Part shown: positions 26,501 to 38,500 of the stretch, one piece after another | Layout: each line of letters begins with the position of its first letter | Position numbering within the stretch: position 1 is the first letter of the stretch | Assembly (NCBI GenBank): GCA_002633005.1 | Contig: NMRA01000239.1 | Coordinates: forward strand, 124,497-188,496 | Direction: 5' to 3' | Length of the DNA stretch: 64,000 nucleotides | Source of the DNA: Phoronis australis | Lineage: Eukaryota; Animalia; Phoronida | Program-made: the position numbers and the translations under genes | Notes under the pieces: model-generated | What the model was told of the DNA's origin: nothing | What the model saw: only the letters and a program-made list of their open reading frames with translations | The model's database searches: none

Positions 26501-29500
26501 CTGTGCATGTCAGTGGTTGTGCAAATAACAATGTGTCTTAATGGTGTCATCACCCGGCCACGCCCTCCATGGGTGCAGTGGGCTTAATAGATTCACCAGA
26601 TCTGATTGATAGATGCTTTGAGAAATAAGTTGCTCTCTGGTTTTGAAGGAATAACTGAACAGTCAAGTAAGTCATAGCTGTCCACCATTCTTTTAATGGC
26701 AAAAATAGGGCTTGATTAGTTGGTCGGTATTGTAGGTTTGATCAGACACAAATTCTTTTAGTTTCTGCTCAAGTTAGTTGGTCCAGAATCATTCCAAATG
26801 TCTAGTTCCAAACTGAACTCTCCTGACATAGCAGGTACTTTATTGAGTCAAAAAGCGCGACTTGCTGTGCATCAATAAATGTGCAGTGGTGCGTATTTGT
26901 GGACAAGTTGAATTAGGCGTGTATTGCTAGTAACATTTATCTCTTGCAGCAGTCACGTCGAGTTCCGACGAAGAAGATTTCCATGATGCAGTAGAGGAAC
27001 AGCAAGAAGACTTCGTAGTCACCCTGAAACATACGCTCACAAAAACTCACAAGTAGGTCAAAGTGCAAAGCCTCTTACTGCACTCTTAATGTGATGTTAT
27101 GGTAATTGTCTGGTGCTTATACTTGCTCAATGCTTGCCCATTTTATGTAAAACCTTTGGGGTGGTTTAGTTGCTTGAGATGAAATGCTACGTTGTCAATC
27201 AGTTCACTGTAACACGTAACAACATTATGACACGCATGCACAAAATGCCTTGTGATGTCATTCTGATGCGTTTAAGAAAAAGTGATGCTTGCATTTCTTT
27301 GATGTGTTTGTGATGTGTACGGCAATCATTATGACATCGGTTTCTCTCCACAATAGTTGTCGTTTGCAATAGTTGACATGTCCCTAGGGTTTGACACAAC
27401 CCCATGGGAGGTGCTGTGAGGTACACATTAGCCAGACAGTGAAGTAAAATTGATTAAAAGGGGAAACTTGTAAGAAAATGACCGACCAGTTGTTTTGGCA
27501 CTTAATCACACATCTACCTCCTTCTTTAATGACACTATGTATGTCGCTATCTTGGAATGCAATAACTCAAGAATAAGAAAAAGGATAACACTTGATCCCT
27601 TTTTTGTTCATTATTCCCTATGTTTGCACTGTGATTGGCGACTGTCCTTGGTGGGTCGCACTACTCGATAAAAGTTAATTATTTTTTTGTCAGACAGTGC
27701 CTAAGTGGACAAGTTATTGATGTTACTTTCTGGGGTTATTTTGATAGAAAGCATGGTGTTCACACATTTGTGCGGTGCAGTGTGCTCTTCACTCCATTAT
27801 TTTGCCAGAGGTAAAGTTGGATCGAGTGTGGCCAGTGTTGTTTCGATATCAGAACTTGTTGCCGGAAGTAATCACTGTATTTTTTTCAGGCAATGTTTTT
27901 TGTAAAATATTTTTCATTGGTTTACAAATTTGCTGGGATTCTGAGTTCCACTAAATTTCACAGGGTTGATCCTGGGAAAAGACTCTCATGTGGTGACCTT
28001 TGTTTACTCACTTAAAATTTCAAGCCTCAATCAGTGGCACTGTTGCAGCCTATGCGTTGACACTTATGTATTCAGTTAATTAACTGATGTTATCAGTCGT
28101 TTAAAGACTTGCCAATAGGGGCTACAGCAGTTGATGGGATTATCATTTACATGGGGACAGATTGGTGGAAATAGTTCCTGTAAACAGATTTCAATGAAGT
28201 TTTGGGATTCTGAAATTCATGGGAATGCTGCTAGCATTATTTGTGGCCTGGCATTTTCGTAATACACACTGACACGTGGCAGTGCTTAAACTAGATGTTC
28301 TTGTCGAGTTTCCTCATTTTGGTGTCGTCTTTATAATGCCGCAGACGAACTGGGAGCGGCATAAGCACAGTTAGCGTCGAGAGTCTTGGGGCCAACCTGC
28401 TTCGAGCGGAAAACGAGTCCAGCGAGTCCGACTTTGATGACCATCCAACCAACGAGGCATGGGTGATCGCCAACAAAGACAGCATTTCTAATAATGTAAG
28501 CAAAATGTGTACATTCATTATAGTTGGGCCTTTAATGGCTGTCTTTGCACCAGCTTTCATCTTGATTATTGTGTTCACTGGTTTCCAGTACCGACACTGT
28601 ATTGACTATTAAAGGAAAAACTACTGGTAAAATAGTGTACAAAAAATTATTTGCTTCTTCGATTGATTCCTGAAGTGTTTTGTCTCTTCTTGAAATTAAA
28701 GTGAATCTTGTAAGACAACCAAATGTGTTAAAGAAACTAGAAACAACTGAAAACTAATGTGTCAAGCTTGCATTGTATTTACATCACAATTTACCCTTTT
28801 CATTACAACTGGTATTGTTACATCACAATTTACCCTTTTCATTACAACTGGTATTTTTACATCACAATTTACCCTTTTCATTACAACTGGTATTTTTACA
28901 TCACAATTTACCCTTTTCATTACAACTGGTATTTTTACATCACAATTAACCCTTTTCATTACAACTGGTATTTTTATATCACAATTTACAATTTTTAATA
29001 AAACTGGTATTTTTACATCACAATTTACCCTTTTCATTACAACTGGTATTTTTACATCACAATTAACCCTTTTCATTACAACTGATATTTTTACATCACA
29101 ATTAACCCTTTTCATTACTGGTATTTTTACCACTTTAGAAATGCTGGTACCCACTCCTAATTATGATCTTGTCACTGAATGTGCTCAAGTTACTGTTACC
29201 TGCTTTGATAGGCAAACTGTGCAAACAAGTCTAGGTTATAATATGTCAGTATAAGAAGTAGGATCTGTATTGGACACTCTCTCAGTAAGAAGAGTTCACA
29301 TTTTGATCAATATAAATGAGTATATTAGGACATTTTTGTTATGATTTTAAGTTCACGTTGAAATTCATCTAGTTTCTTCGTTTGAGTTATTTTTATTGGC
29401 TGGCATTGGGTTTGGAATAATCATGTAGTTTTTTTTACAAATTAGAATTTCATAGCGTCATAAAAGGGACCTACAGTTGTCTCCAGTGCTCTTAAGGCTT

Positions 29501-32500
29501 GTAATTTCTTGAATTTTTAAGCAGTTTGCCAGGGTGTTATTCATAACTCATTAAACAGTACCTGACTGGTCCATGTTTGCCTCCAGGTCGAGATTGGTTT
29601 GACTTGCCAGTTGCTTAAATTGGAAAGTTGGTAGTATTCACTCACAGGAGTCTCTTATTTTGAGTACCAGTTTGTTGCCCATTATTCGGTGGAGGAACTG
29701 GTTCTCAAAATGCAGGACCCCTGCAAGTGACTGTTATCAGACAGTTTAGAATGCTAATCCTTAAACATGAAACACGCCCACCAGATATAATGCTTTCTAC
29801 CGCTTTCTGGGCTTAACTCCAATTGTTGTATATCATATTTTTATAATAAACATTGAAAAGTACGTAATACGTGCATTTTCCCAATTTCTGCTACTTAATT
29901 GTATTGGCTCCTCATGTTGAAGCCAACCTTCCTGGGCTCTCTTTTCGATTTCAGATGCCCGAATACTATGTGCACGGTAAAACTTAGGGTTGTTCCTTTG
30001 CAGTTGTTAGTCAACTTAGTGGGACTGCTACTGCTCGCCTGTTTAGTGCCTCTCGGCTATGCGTACTACATTCTACTGACTGTAGGGGACCTGATCGTAA
30101 TGCCAATCACTATGCTGTGCTCCTCAATCTCAGCCATATCGGTACAGTTTAAACTAGCACTAGGTTTTCATATTTCTATTCTGTTCTCATACTAGATTTA
30201 TTTGTTAAGAATTTTTGTCTATCTCAGAGTGGAAATTAGCACACAGAATTGCAATGCATGGTGAAAAAAGAATTGAATGCTGTTTATAAGAACACCCATG
30301 TAGTTAGGAAGGGAGGACAAAATTTACAGATGTTATTCATGTTAGGAGAGGACTGTTATTCACCAGTCAGTGTGGTCGTGTCAAATGCCTGTGTGTGATA
30401 TTGCCATTCATGTGATATTGCCATACATGTGATATCGCCATACATGTGATATCGCCATTCATGTGATATTGCCATATATGTGATATTGCCATTCATGTAA
30501 TATTGCCCTACATGTGATATTGCCATTCACATGATATTGCTATTCATGTGATATTGCCATACATATGATATTGCCATACATATGATGTTGCCATACATTT
30601 GATATTGCCATACATGTGGTATTGCCATTCATGTGATATCACCCTAATATGATATCACCAGTGTACACTCGCATACTTTAGTCTGTAGTGAATGCATTGA
30701 TTCTCACCTACATCAGTTTAGTATGTGTTCATAAGCAAGCAGTATCTGATCGTTGTAAGTTAGTGGTGGGCTGCCATTTTAGTTCTTTTTTATGTTAAAA
30801 CTATTGTTTTGAACAAATTTCATTAATTGCAAGGTATCTAGTGTATGATAAATTTTTTGAAAATATTTCCTTATTACCATTCATTACTAGATTGTTTCCC
30901 TTAAACTTTGGTACAAATAGATATTTGTGAACATTTCTACCACGGTGACCACTATAAGAACATCTAGGCAAAGGATAGTTATTTACTTAAAACAGTGTAT
31001 GAATACCCAACTCAGAACCCAGTGACTTTGACGGTGTTACCCTAGTTCGCAACAGTCACGTTAAGTTTAGCATTTTGAAAAAAACACTTACTATTATGAT
31101 TTAGGAGCCATGTTTTGCCTGGCCAATTTGCAATGAATTTCATCACAGCTTCAGGGTATCCAAGTGTGATGGTCGTGCTGATTTAGTTTACGTTTTGATC
31201 ACAAAAATTTTTAAGTCTAGTCTGCACGCCATCTGTAGGACACATCATGTGACTTAATGAATAGAAGTCCCATGTATGTGATACCCACTGCTAAATCTGG
31301 TTAGATTTCTCTGTTCGACCAGTGCTCCCGATGACTCAGTGGACTAGAGTTTGTGTCTGCACGGTTTGCAGAACGTCCCGGGTTCGAATCCCAGTGGGGG
31401 TAGAAATCTTTCCAGACTTATGTTATTAGGTCGCGTGATGTGGCCAAAAGGTGACGTGCAGATCAGACTTGAAAATGCTTGTTATCTATATATCCACGCC
31501 GGTTCAAGATTTACATAATTATTAATTTAGTGTATTGATGTTAACATGTACACGTTATAGGGATCCCTTAATGTATTTGGTAGAAGAAGATCACTATCCT
31601 TGTCTGACTTACAACTAGACTCTCTACTGCCCGTGTTTCCCCAGAAGTTGACTTTGCCAAAGCCCATGCAGTCGGGCTTTTTGTGCGTGCCAGGAGTAGG
31701 TAGCCATTTTGTCATTGCTTGCTCATCAGTTGGTTTTAGTTCTGGGTAAATATAACTTTGTGGGCTATGCATATGATGGAATATCTTTTGTTAATTTATT
31801 GTAGCTGTCCATATATTAACATTTGCATATTAGTAGTATTGCCTTTAGTTTTAGTTCTTAAAGATTCATTTCGAGTAATTACTAATAGAATACCTTTCAT
31901 AACTATGTTCAATCCATGTTTAAACGGAATTAGCCACGTCTTCAAAAAACATCTTTCTACGCAGCATATTTCCCCTCAAATGAAAAACCTATTTCCTCAT
32001 CCCCCTATAATTTCTTGGAGAAAATGTAAAAATCTAAAAAATTATTTAGTTAAAGCTAATATCGACAATATACACCAAACTGACAAACCTATTGGCAACA
32101 CACAATGTAACAAAACTAGGTGTAAAATGTGTAACTTCATCAACGATAGCACTTTTTTCCAGTCTTCCCAAACCAATGAAAACTTTGAAATAAAACATTA
32201 TTCTGATTGCACCACCAACAATATTATTTACCTTATAACTTGTAAAAAATGTTCTATCCAATACGTAGGACAAACTCAACATAATCTACAAACTCGGTTT
32301 CGTAATCATAGATTTAACATAATACATAAAAACATTTCTGAAACTATAGGTAATCATTTCAATTCCAAAAACCGTAATATTCAAGATCTTTCTGTACAAA
32401 TAATAGAAAAACTCCAACACCCCAGTACCCCTCACAGACTTAAAAGAGAACAATATTGGATAGACAAACTGAATACAAACCTCATGGATTGAACATAAAA

Positions 32501-35500
32501 ACTTCTTGAAATATGTCATTGAATTTTTTATGCAAAAATGTATCATTTTCATTACACCATATCTTATATGTCAATTGTCATTTTGTGTTTGATTTTACTT
32601 TATTTCTGTTTTTGTTGATAAAGGAAGTTGTTACATCCGAAAATTTCAAATTTCAGTTGATCCATTCTTGTTGTTTTATTTACCGATTTATAGTCTTCAT
32701 TTCTTGAAACAATAGTATCCTTGGGAGGATCTGGATCGCTTTATTTAGTTTCAGATATATATTTTCTACATATCTGTTAGTAATTTGCTTGGGGTGTGGT
32801 CTTCGCAAGATTTTCTTATTGCAGTTAATTTCACATTTCTCTGGAAATCTTGTCAATTGTTATTTGCTACTGGTTTCATTTCCGAGATCAGTAATGCATT
32901 AAGCAAACTAGAGCACCAACAAGTGCTGAAATATAAGTGTCATCGAAGTCATCTAGCATGACCACTCACCCAGTGGACGAAAAGGGCGCTAGGCATAGAA
33001 GCTTAGCCAGGTGGTGAGCAAATTTTCAGAGTAGTTAGGTACTCTGTCGTTCTGTGTGTAGCTCAAATAAACTGTATCCTCATTGTAGTGTTTTCACTTG
33101 GACATTAAAATAATCTCGTTTTAAGCAGATGTTAAGTATGTATCTGAAGCATCATTTGAAATAGAATGGTGAATGTACGGAGACTAAATTTTGAATTGCG
33201 CTTGCCGTTGCGTTCCAATCAATGACATCACATCCTGGTAAAGGGTTCTTAGCCACAGACCCAAAAATTTATTTTGCAAAACCTTGCAGTTTTGAGAACC
33301 TCCGTTAACCCAGTTTCAAGTATCATGTTGGAGTTACGTGAAACTGCTTGAGTAACTAGTGTCTCCTTCTGTGGCATGGCTGTATGGACTCATAATGTCA
33401 GAGTGCAGTGTGAGCTTTATGGTTGGCTAATAATTGAGCCAATAACTAATACGTTCTGTAATCTGTGAATACTTCCTTTCTGCAAATTCTTTTTCTTCTA
33501 ACGCTTGCAAACGGAAGTGGTTTAAGATAACAATAATATCGGTGTGGCAAATATTCTGGGGTCTCGCGGAAATATAGTGCATTTATTTTTACCTCGGCCT
33601 ATATCCTAAAATAAAATAATTTGCTTCATCATCCTCTACAACTCCGTGCATTTGAAGTGCGAGTTCCCATAACATCAGGATTTGAGTTAACAAAGAGAAG
33701 GTGCTTTTTACAAGCACATTATGCAGACTAGATGAATATCCACCTGTACCGCATGCCCACCCTCGGACATCGCAGGGTGTGCGAGTTTTGGTAAATGTTA
33801 ATCAATATATCGTCTTGGTTTCAAAACGAATCCTTCAAGTTAAATTTTTGAAAGCTTCACAAGAGAGTTCTTTCACTGTTCCAAGTTGTCTTCAAGTTAC
33901 AGAATTTTCATGTTATTAGAAATCTTACTCTTACAGAAATCAGATTCAAAATCGTCCTTAGATGCTGGCAAAGCTGCCGGAGGTGCCAGGAAACGTCGTG
34001 CGGTCATTCCAGAAAAACCTAACCACAGTCTCAACTTGTGGAGCATTATGAAGAATTGTATTGGAAAAGACTTGTCAAAAATACCCATGCCTGTAAGTGG
34101 TCGTGTGCGATGGAATTTATGTGACCGTTAATAATAGGAATCGTGTACTTTGAAGTAACAGTCTTCGGTGTTCTGTTGACAGGCAGGGAAGGTGAAAGGG
34201 CAATTGAAATGCGCATTTAATTCTTATTCTTAGTATTGCAATTCGGAAATTTTTTGTAGCAGTGTTGTTATTTTGTGGAATAGTTGTCGAATTGCCTACT
34301 TTCACCTATCATTTCTTAAATACTGGCTAATTGGTGTAACAACAGTACAGATTTGTGTTGGTGTTAGCCAACAACTGTGATTGAATGTTGCACTACTAAC
34401 AAAATATGGTTAGCATTGACAAGCCAAATTTTTCTGAATCAATGAATCAGTTTCTCTTTCTTACTTTCGTCAACCACATGTATATAACGGAAATGTTGTT
34501 GTGAAGTTTTAAGTAACAAACGAGCAGATCTGGCATTATTGATAATTTGTGCGCTAACTCTTACAGGTCAACTTCAACGAACCGATGTCTTTCATCCAAC
34601 GCCTTACAGAGGACTTGGCGTACAGCGACTGCTTAGACCAAGCTGCCAAGTGCGAGGACTCATGTGAACAGTTGGCCTACATTGCTGCCTTCACTATCTC
34701 CAGCTACTCGACGACAACCACGCGTAGCGGCAAGCCTTTCAACCCGTTGCTAGGCGAGACGTTTGAATGCGATCGACTAGAAGACTATGGCTGGAGGTCC
34801 ATCTGTGAGCAGGTGGGTTGGAAAACGTTAACAAGAAGATACATTTTGTGTTTAGCCGCTAAGACCGTTTCACTCATGTTTGCTGTTGGATTTTAAGTGG
34901 CGTAATTGGCGACAAAGAAGCGTAAATAAATTGAGTATAATTGGACAAAATTACACACAGTTATTTCGGACATTGCTTTCATTTTCGCAAAAATCTGCGA
35001 GGCAAATGACCCTGAACTTCCCTGGCTGTTGAACCACGTTGCCTTTAGATACCGCCTCACTGGCATTGCCACGTTACCCTACACATACTTTTAGTGTTCA
35101 GGCAGGGCTTCTACTTTTCCTTTTCGTCTTTTTTCGTTTCGATTTCCTCTTGTTTGATTTCCAGCTTCCTCTTTTGTTTATTATTATGAATATTTTGGCT
35201 TTGTTCTTGCAAAAATGTTTCTTGCAATTGAATTTTACAACGAAAATATTTCTATCGCAACCTATTTATTTGAAGAATGTTACGTCACCTGAAAAATGTT
35301 TTTTTGCCATTGGTCATTCCAAGCACTGACTCTGGTAGTAGTGAACTCAAAAGACTGCAGGCTTATAATTGAAAGTATCAAACATAATTTTAGGTTAGGG
35401 CTTAAAGTCCATAAATCTAAGCGTTAATGTCAAGCTTTTTTTGGAAGACGGTGCTGAAATGCAAATTCACCCAACTGTCTACCAAAGCTCTGCATTTCCA

Positions 35501-38500
35501 GAAATGTTCAAGTCAGCTCGCCTGGCAATCCCAACAAATTTTGCCGTTCCATACAATAGCTCAAATCTAAGCTAACACATTCAGGAAGTCAATCCTACCC
35601 AAAAATAACCCTGAAAATGCGTTTTATCCTTAAAATGGATTGTGTCCCTTTAAAAAGGAGCAGGGTCCATAGTATGCTGCTAAAGAAGAATGTTATTTGA
35701 GCCTGTTCAAGCAATATTTAGTGTGGTGTTGCCATGGATATTAATGTGCTCTGTGACTCCATTTATGACAATTAATCACAGAGGGCTGTTTTGAAGCATT
35801 GTAATTAGTTTTTATGGTTTAATGTTTTCAATATCTGCCTGTTTGATGGTGCAGCTCAACCAAAATATTAAGCAGAGTTAACGTCTCATCCGATTTGAAG
35901 GTAAGGCTTCATTCAGTGCTGCAACAATGTGCTGTCAATCATGAGCTGTCAATCATTTCAGGTTAGTCATCACCCACCAACATGTGCTATGCATGCCGAG
36001 GGGCGGGGCTGGGTATTCTGGCAAGAGGTGACTGTCACCAGTAAATTCCGTGGCAAATATTTACAGATCATCCCCTTAGGTAAGTTGACCTTATAGCTTG
36101 TTAGTGAAATATTAACAATGTTTTTAATCCCCAGTATGAAGTTGTTTAGCTTTGCATGATTTAAAACTTTGTTTCTCACAATTTGGAAGTCTAGAAGTTG
36201 TTTTATTTGGAACTTAATGGTGAATAGCGAAATGTCAAGTTCTTGAACTTGCGAAACAAGGTGGTTTGGTGTTGTATTGTCTTAGTCAGGAGGTCATAAA
36301 CGTCTTTGAAAACTTGATTGAGTCTCTCCATTCATAGTTCTCATTTAGGCCCCTCGATGTCATGATTTTAGGGCCAAATATCAACCCTGTTCTCTTCTGA
36401 AAATATTTTAAAATTCCAAGAAATTCGGCTACGAGGTGCAAAAATTCTCGTCTCAGGATTAAAATTTTCCTCAAGGCTAGAATCGCGTATAAGTTGCGTA
36501 ACCCTTCAGCTTCACCAGTGTTAACAGTAGTCTCGAACCCATACTCTATTAGCACGATAATGGAATCTGGGTTCAAGGCTATGACTGCAGTCTAGATATG
36601 GAGAACTGAATCTGGATTAGTTTATTGCAAGTGCAGGGGTGATCTCATAAACTGATGAAAAAAGTTGTTTATGGTAGTTCTGAGCTCCTTCACTGACACC
36701 CCTACTACTGGTTCAACTGCAAGCAAAAAAATCAAATATAAGCAGTTTATGAGACAACACTTCAACTAAACATTAGCTTTGGCTACTTGAGGCAGTGGCA
36801 ACCTGGGGGATTGGCTTGGTGGTAACCAGGGTGTGGAATTGCTGGTTTCTAGGGGTGTTCCCCCCTCTCCTAAAAATGGCCTCGGAAGGCAAACCCATGG
36901 AAAATAAACAAACTAAGGTAAAAATGTGTGGATTTTTAATATAAAAACCTTCATTTTTCAAGTCAGATGGTGAGATGATGCATTGTGGTATGCTTGGCAA
37001 CAGTATTTAGTGAAGTTAACTAGAAGTCTGTTTTGTTGGCAAGGTAACTCGTGTAGAATGAAAGCACTTTGCTGAGAAGTGTATTTCATGGTTGATTATG
37101 TTGACAGGTATCATGCACCTGCGGTTCCCCAAGACTGGTCACCACTATACATGGCGCAAGTTGACAACTACAGTACATAATATTATTGTGGGCCGGCTGT
37201 GGGTGGATAACCATGGGGAAATGGACATTGTCAATCATTCTAATGGTGACAACTGTCATGTCAAATTCTCTGCCTACAGCTACTTTTCACGAGAGATTGC
37301 CAGAAAGGTAAGGTGGCACTTTTTGCGTAACAGTGAGCAGCTAAGTGATGATTTGGTAATGCACTTTAAGCTTGACATGGAGGCATGTGTGAACGCACAA
37401 TTTTTTGCTGCATCTTGATGTCTTTATTAATAGCATTGGAAAACTGTGGACATTATCAGGAGCAGTAATGTTTATGTTGGGTGGTGTAAGTTAGAAAGCC
37501 TTTGTGTCAGGCTATGCAGGATAATTATGGCATGCACAATACATTGGCATCATGGAAATCTTAGTTGTTGGAGGTATGAAATGTTGGTGACTGTTTCCAT
37601 AAAAAGCCAGAATTCTACTACAACTCTCTAAACTTGCGCTAGAACTTAGACTAAGTCGATGTTTTGTTGAAAATCAGTAGAATGAAGTTGTTAAACGCAG
37701 CAGGTTTAATCAGACTTAAGACATAGGAGCTTTGGTGAAACGGCCTCGAACATGGAGTTTACCATCTTTCACTGTGGATAATTACAACTATGGATTCAGA
37801 TGAAAATATGCCTTTCGGAATAAATCAACTTTTGGTGTTGGGATATGCTTTGTGATCAGGGATACCATTTTGGTGAAACTAGGCTTGAATAAGTGGTGTG
37901 ATTATTACCGTAGGTGACAGGTGTAATAACTAATAAGACGGGCGATGTCAGGTACGTGTGCACCGGTACATGGGATGAGAAACTGGAATGTGCCAAGGTT
38001 GTCAACACCAGTCAGAACAGTAAAGGCAAGCCAGTGTTTGAGACGGGCCCGTACAAGTGCCTGTGGAAAAGGAAGTACCCACCGTGAGTATACCATGAAA
38101 CGGAGTGAGCTCGTTTAATTTTGTAACGACAATAATTCGACCTGTAGTCTAATGCTTTCTTAAGATATTAGCGGTAGTGTTCCATCAAGCTTGTTGATGT
38201 CTTGCGACTGGTTTGTTATGCTCTGTGTCTATGTGTCCGGGTGTTTGGTGTCCTGCATCTGCCAACTGTATCTCCTAAACCATTTGAAGGATATTCATGA
38301 ATTTTGGCAGGTGTTCTTATGGGGTTGATGACAGGTGGTGGCGATTTTCGGATGGTTCTAATTAAGTGTGCCCCCTAGTGGCAATTTTAATTTTTAATGA
38401 ATTTCGGTATATGTTTCTGTTGAAATGACAAGGACACCTTCTTGATTTTGAATGGATTGTACGGAGTCTGCCCCTCCCCCCGTAGTGACCATCTTCATTA

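Noticed and set aside
28757-29254. Repetitive ORFs ([13 protein letters not shown])n on both strands, or a CRISPR-like array
   Set aside because: A 39-bp head-to-tail minisatellite with no unique spacers; frames stay open only because the unit is a multiple of 3.
31324-31402. Functional tRNA gene
   Set aside because: The acceptor stem has several G:U pairs, the anticodon arm is non-canonical and there is no clear oligo-T terminator; better explained as a SINE head or pseudogene.
31758-32492. Host GIY-YIG nuclease gene nested in OSBP
   Set aside because: Motifs are those of Penelope-like elements, the upstream part of the ORF is unrelated AT-rich sequence, and the terminal motif is frameshifted.
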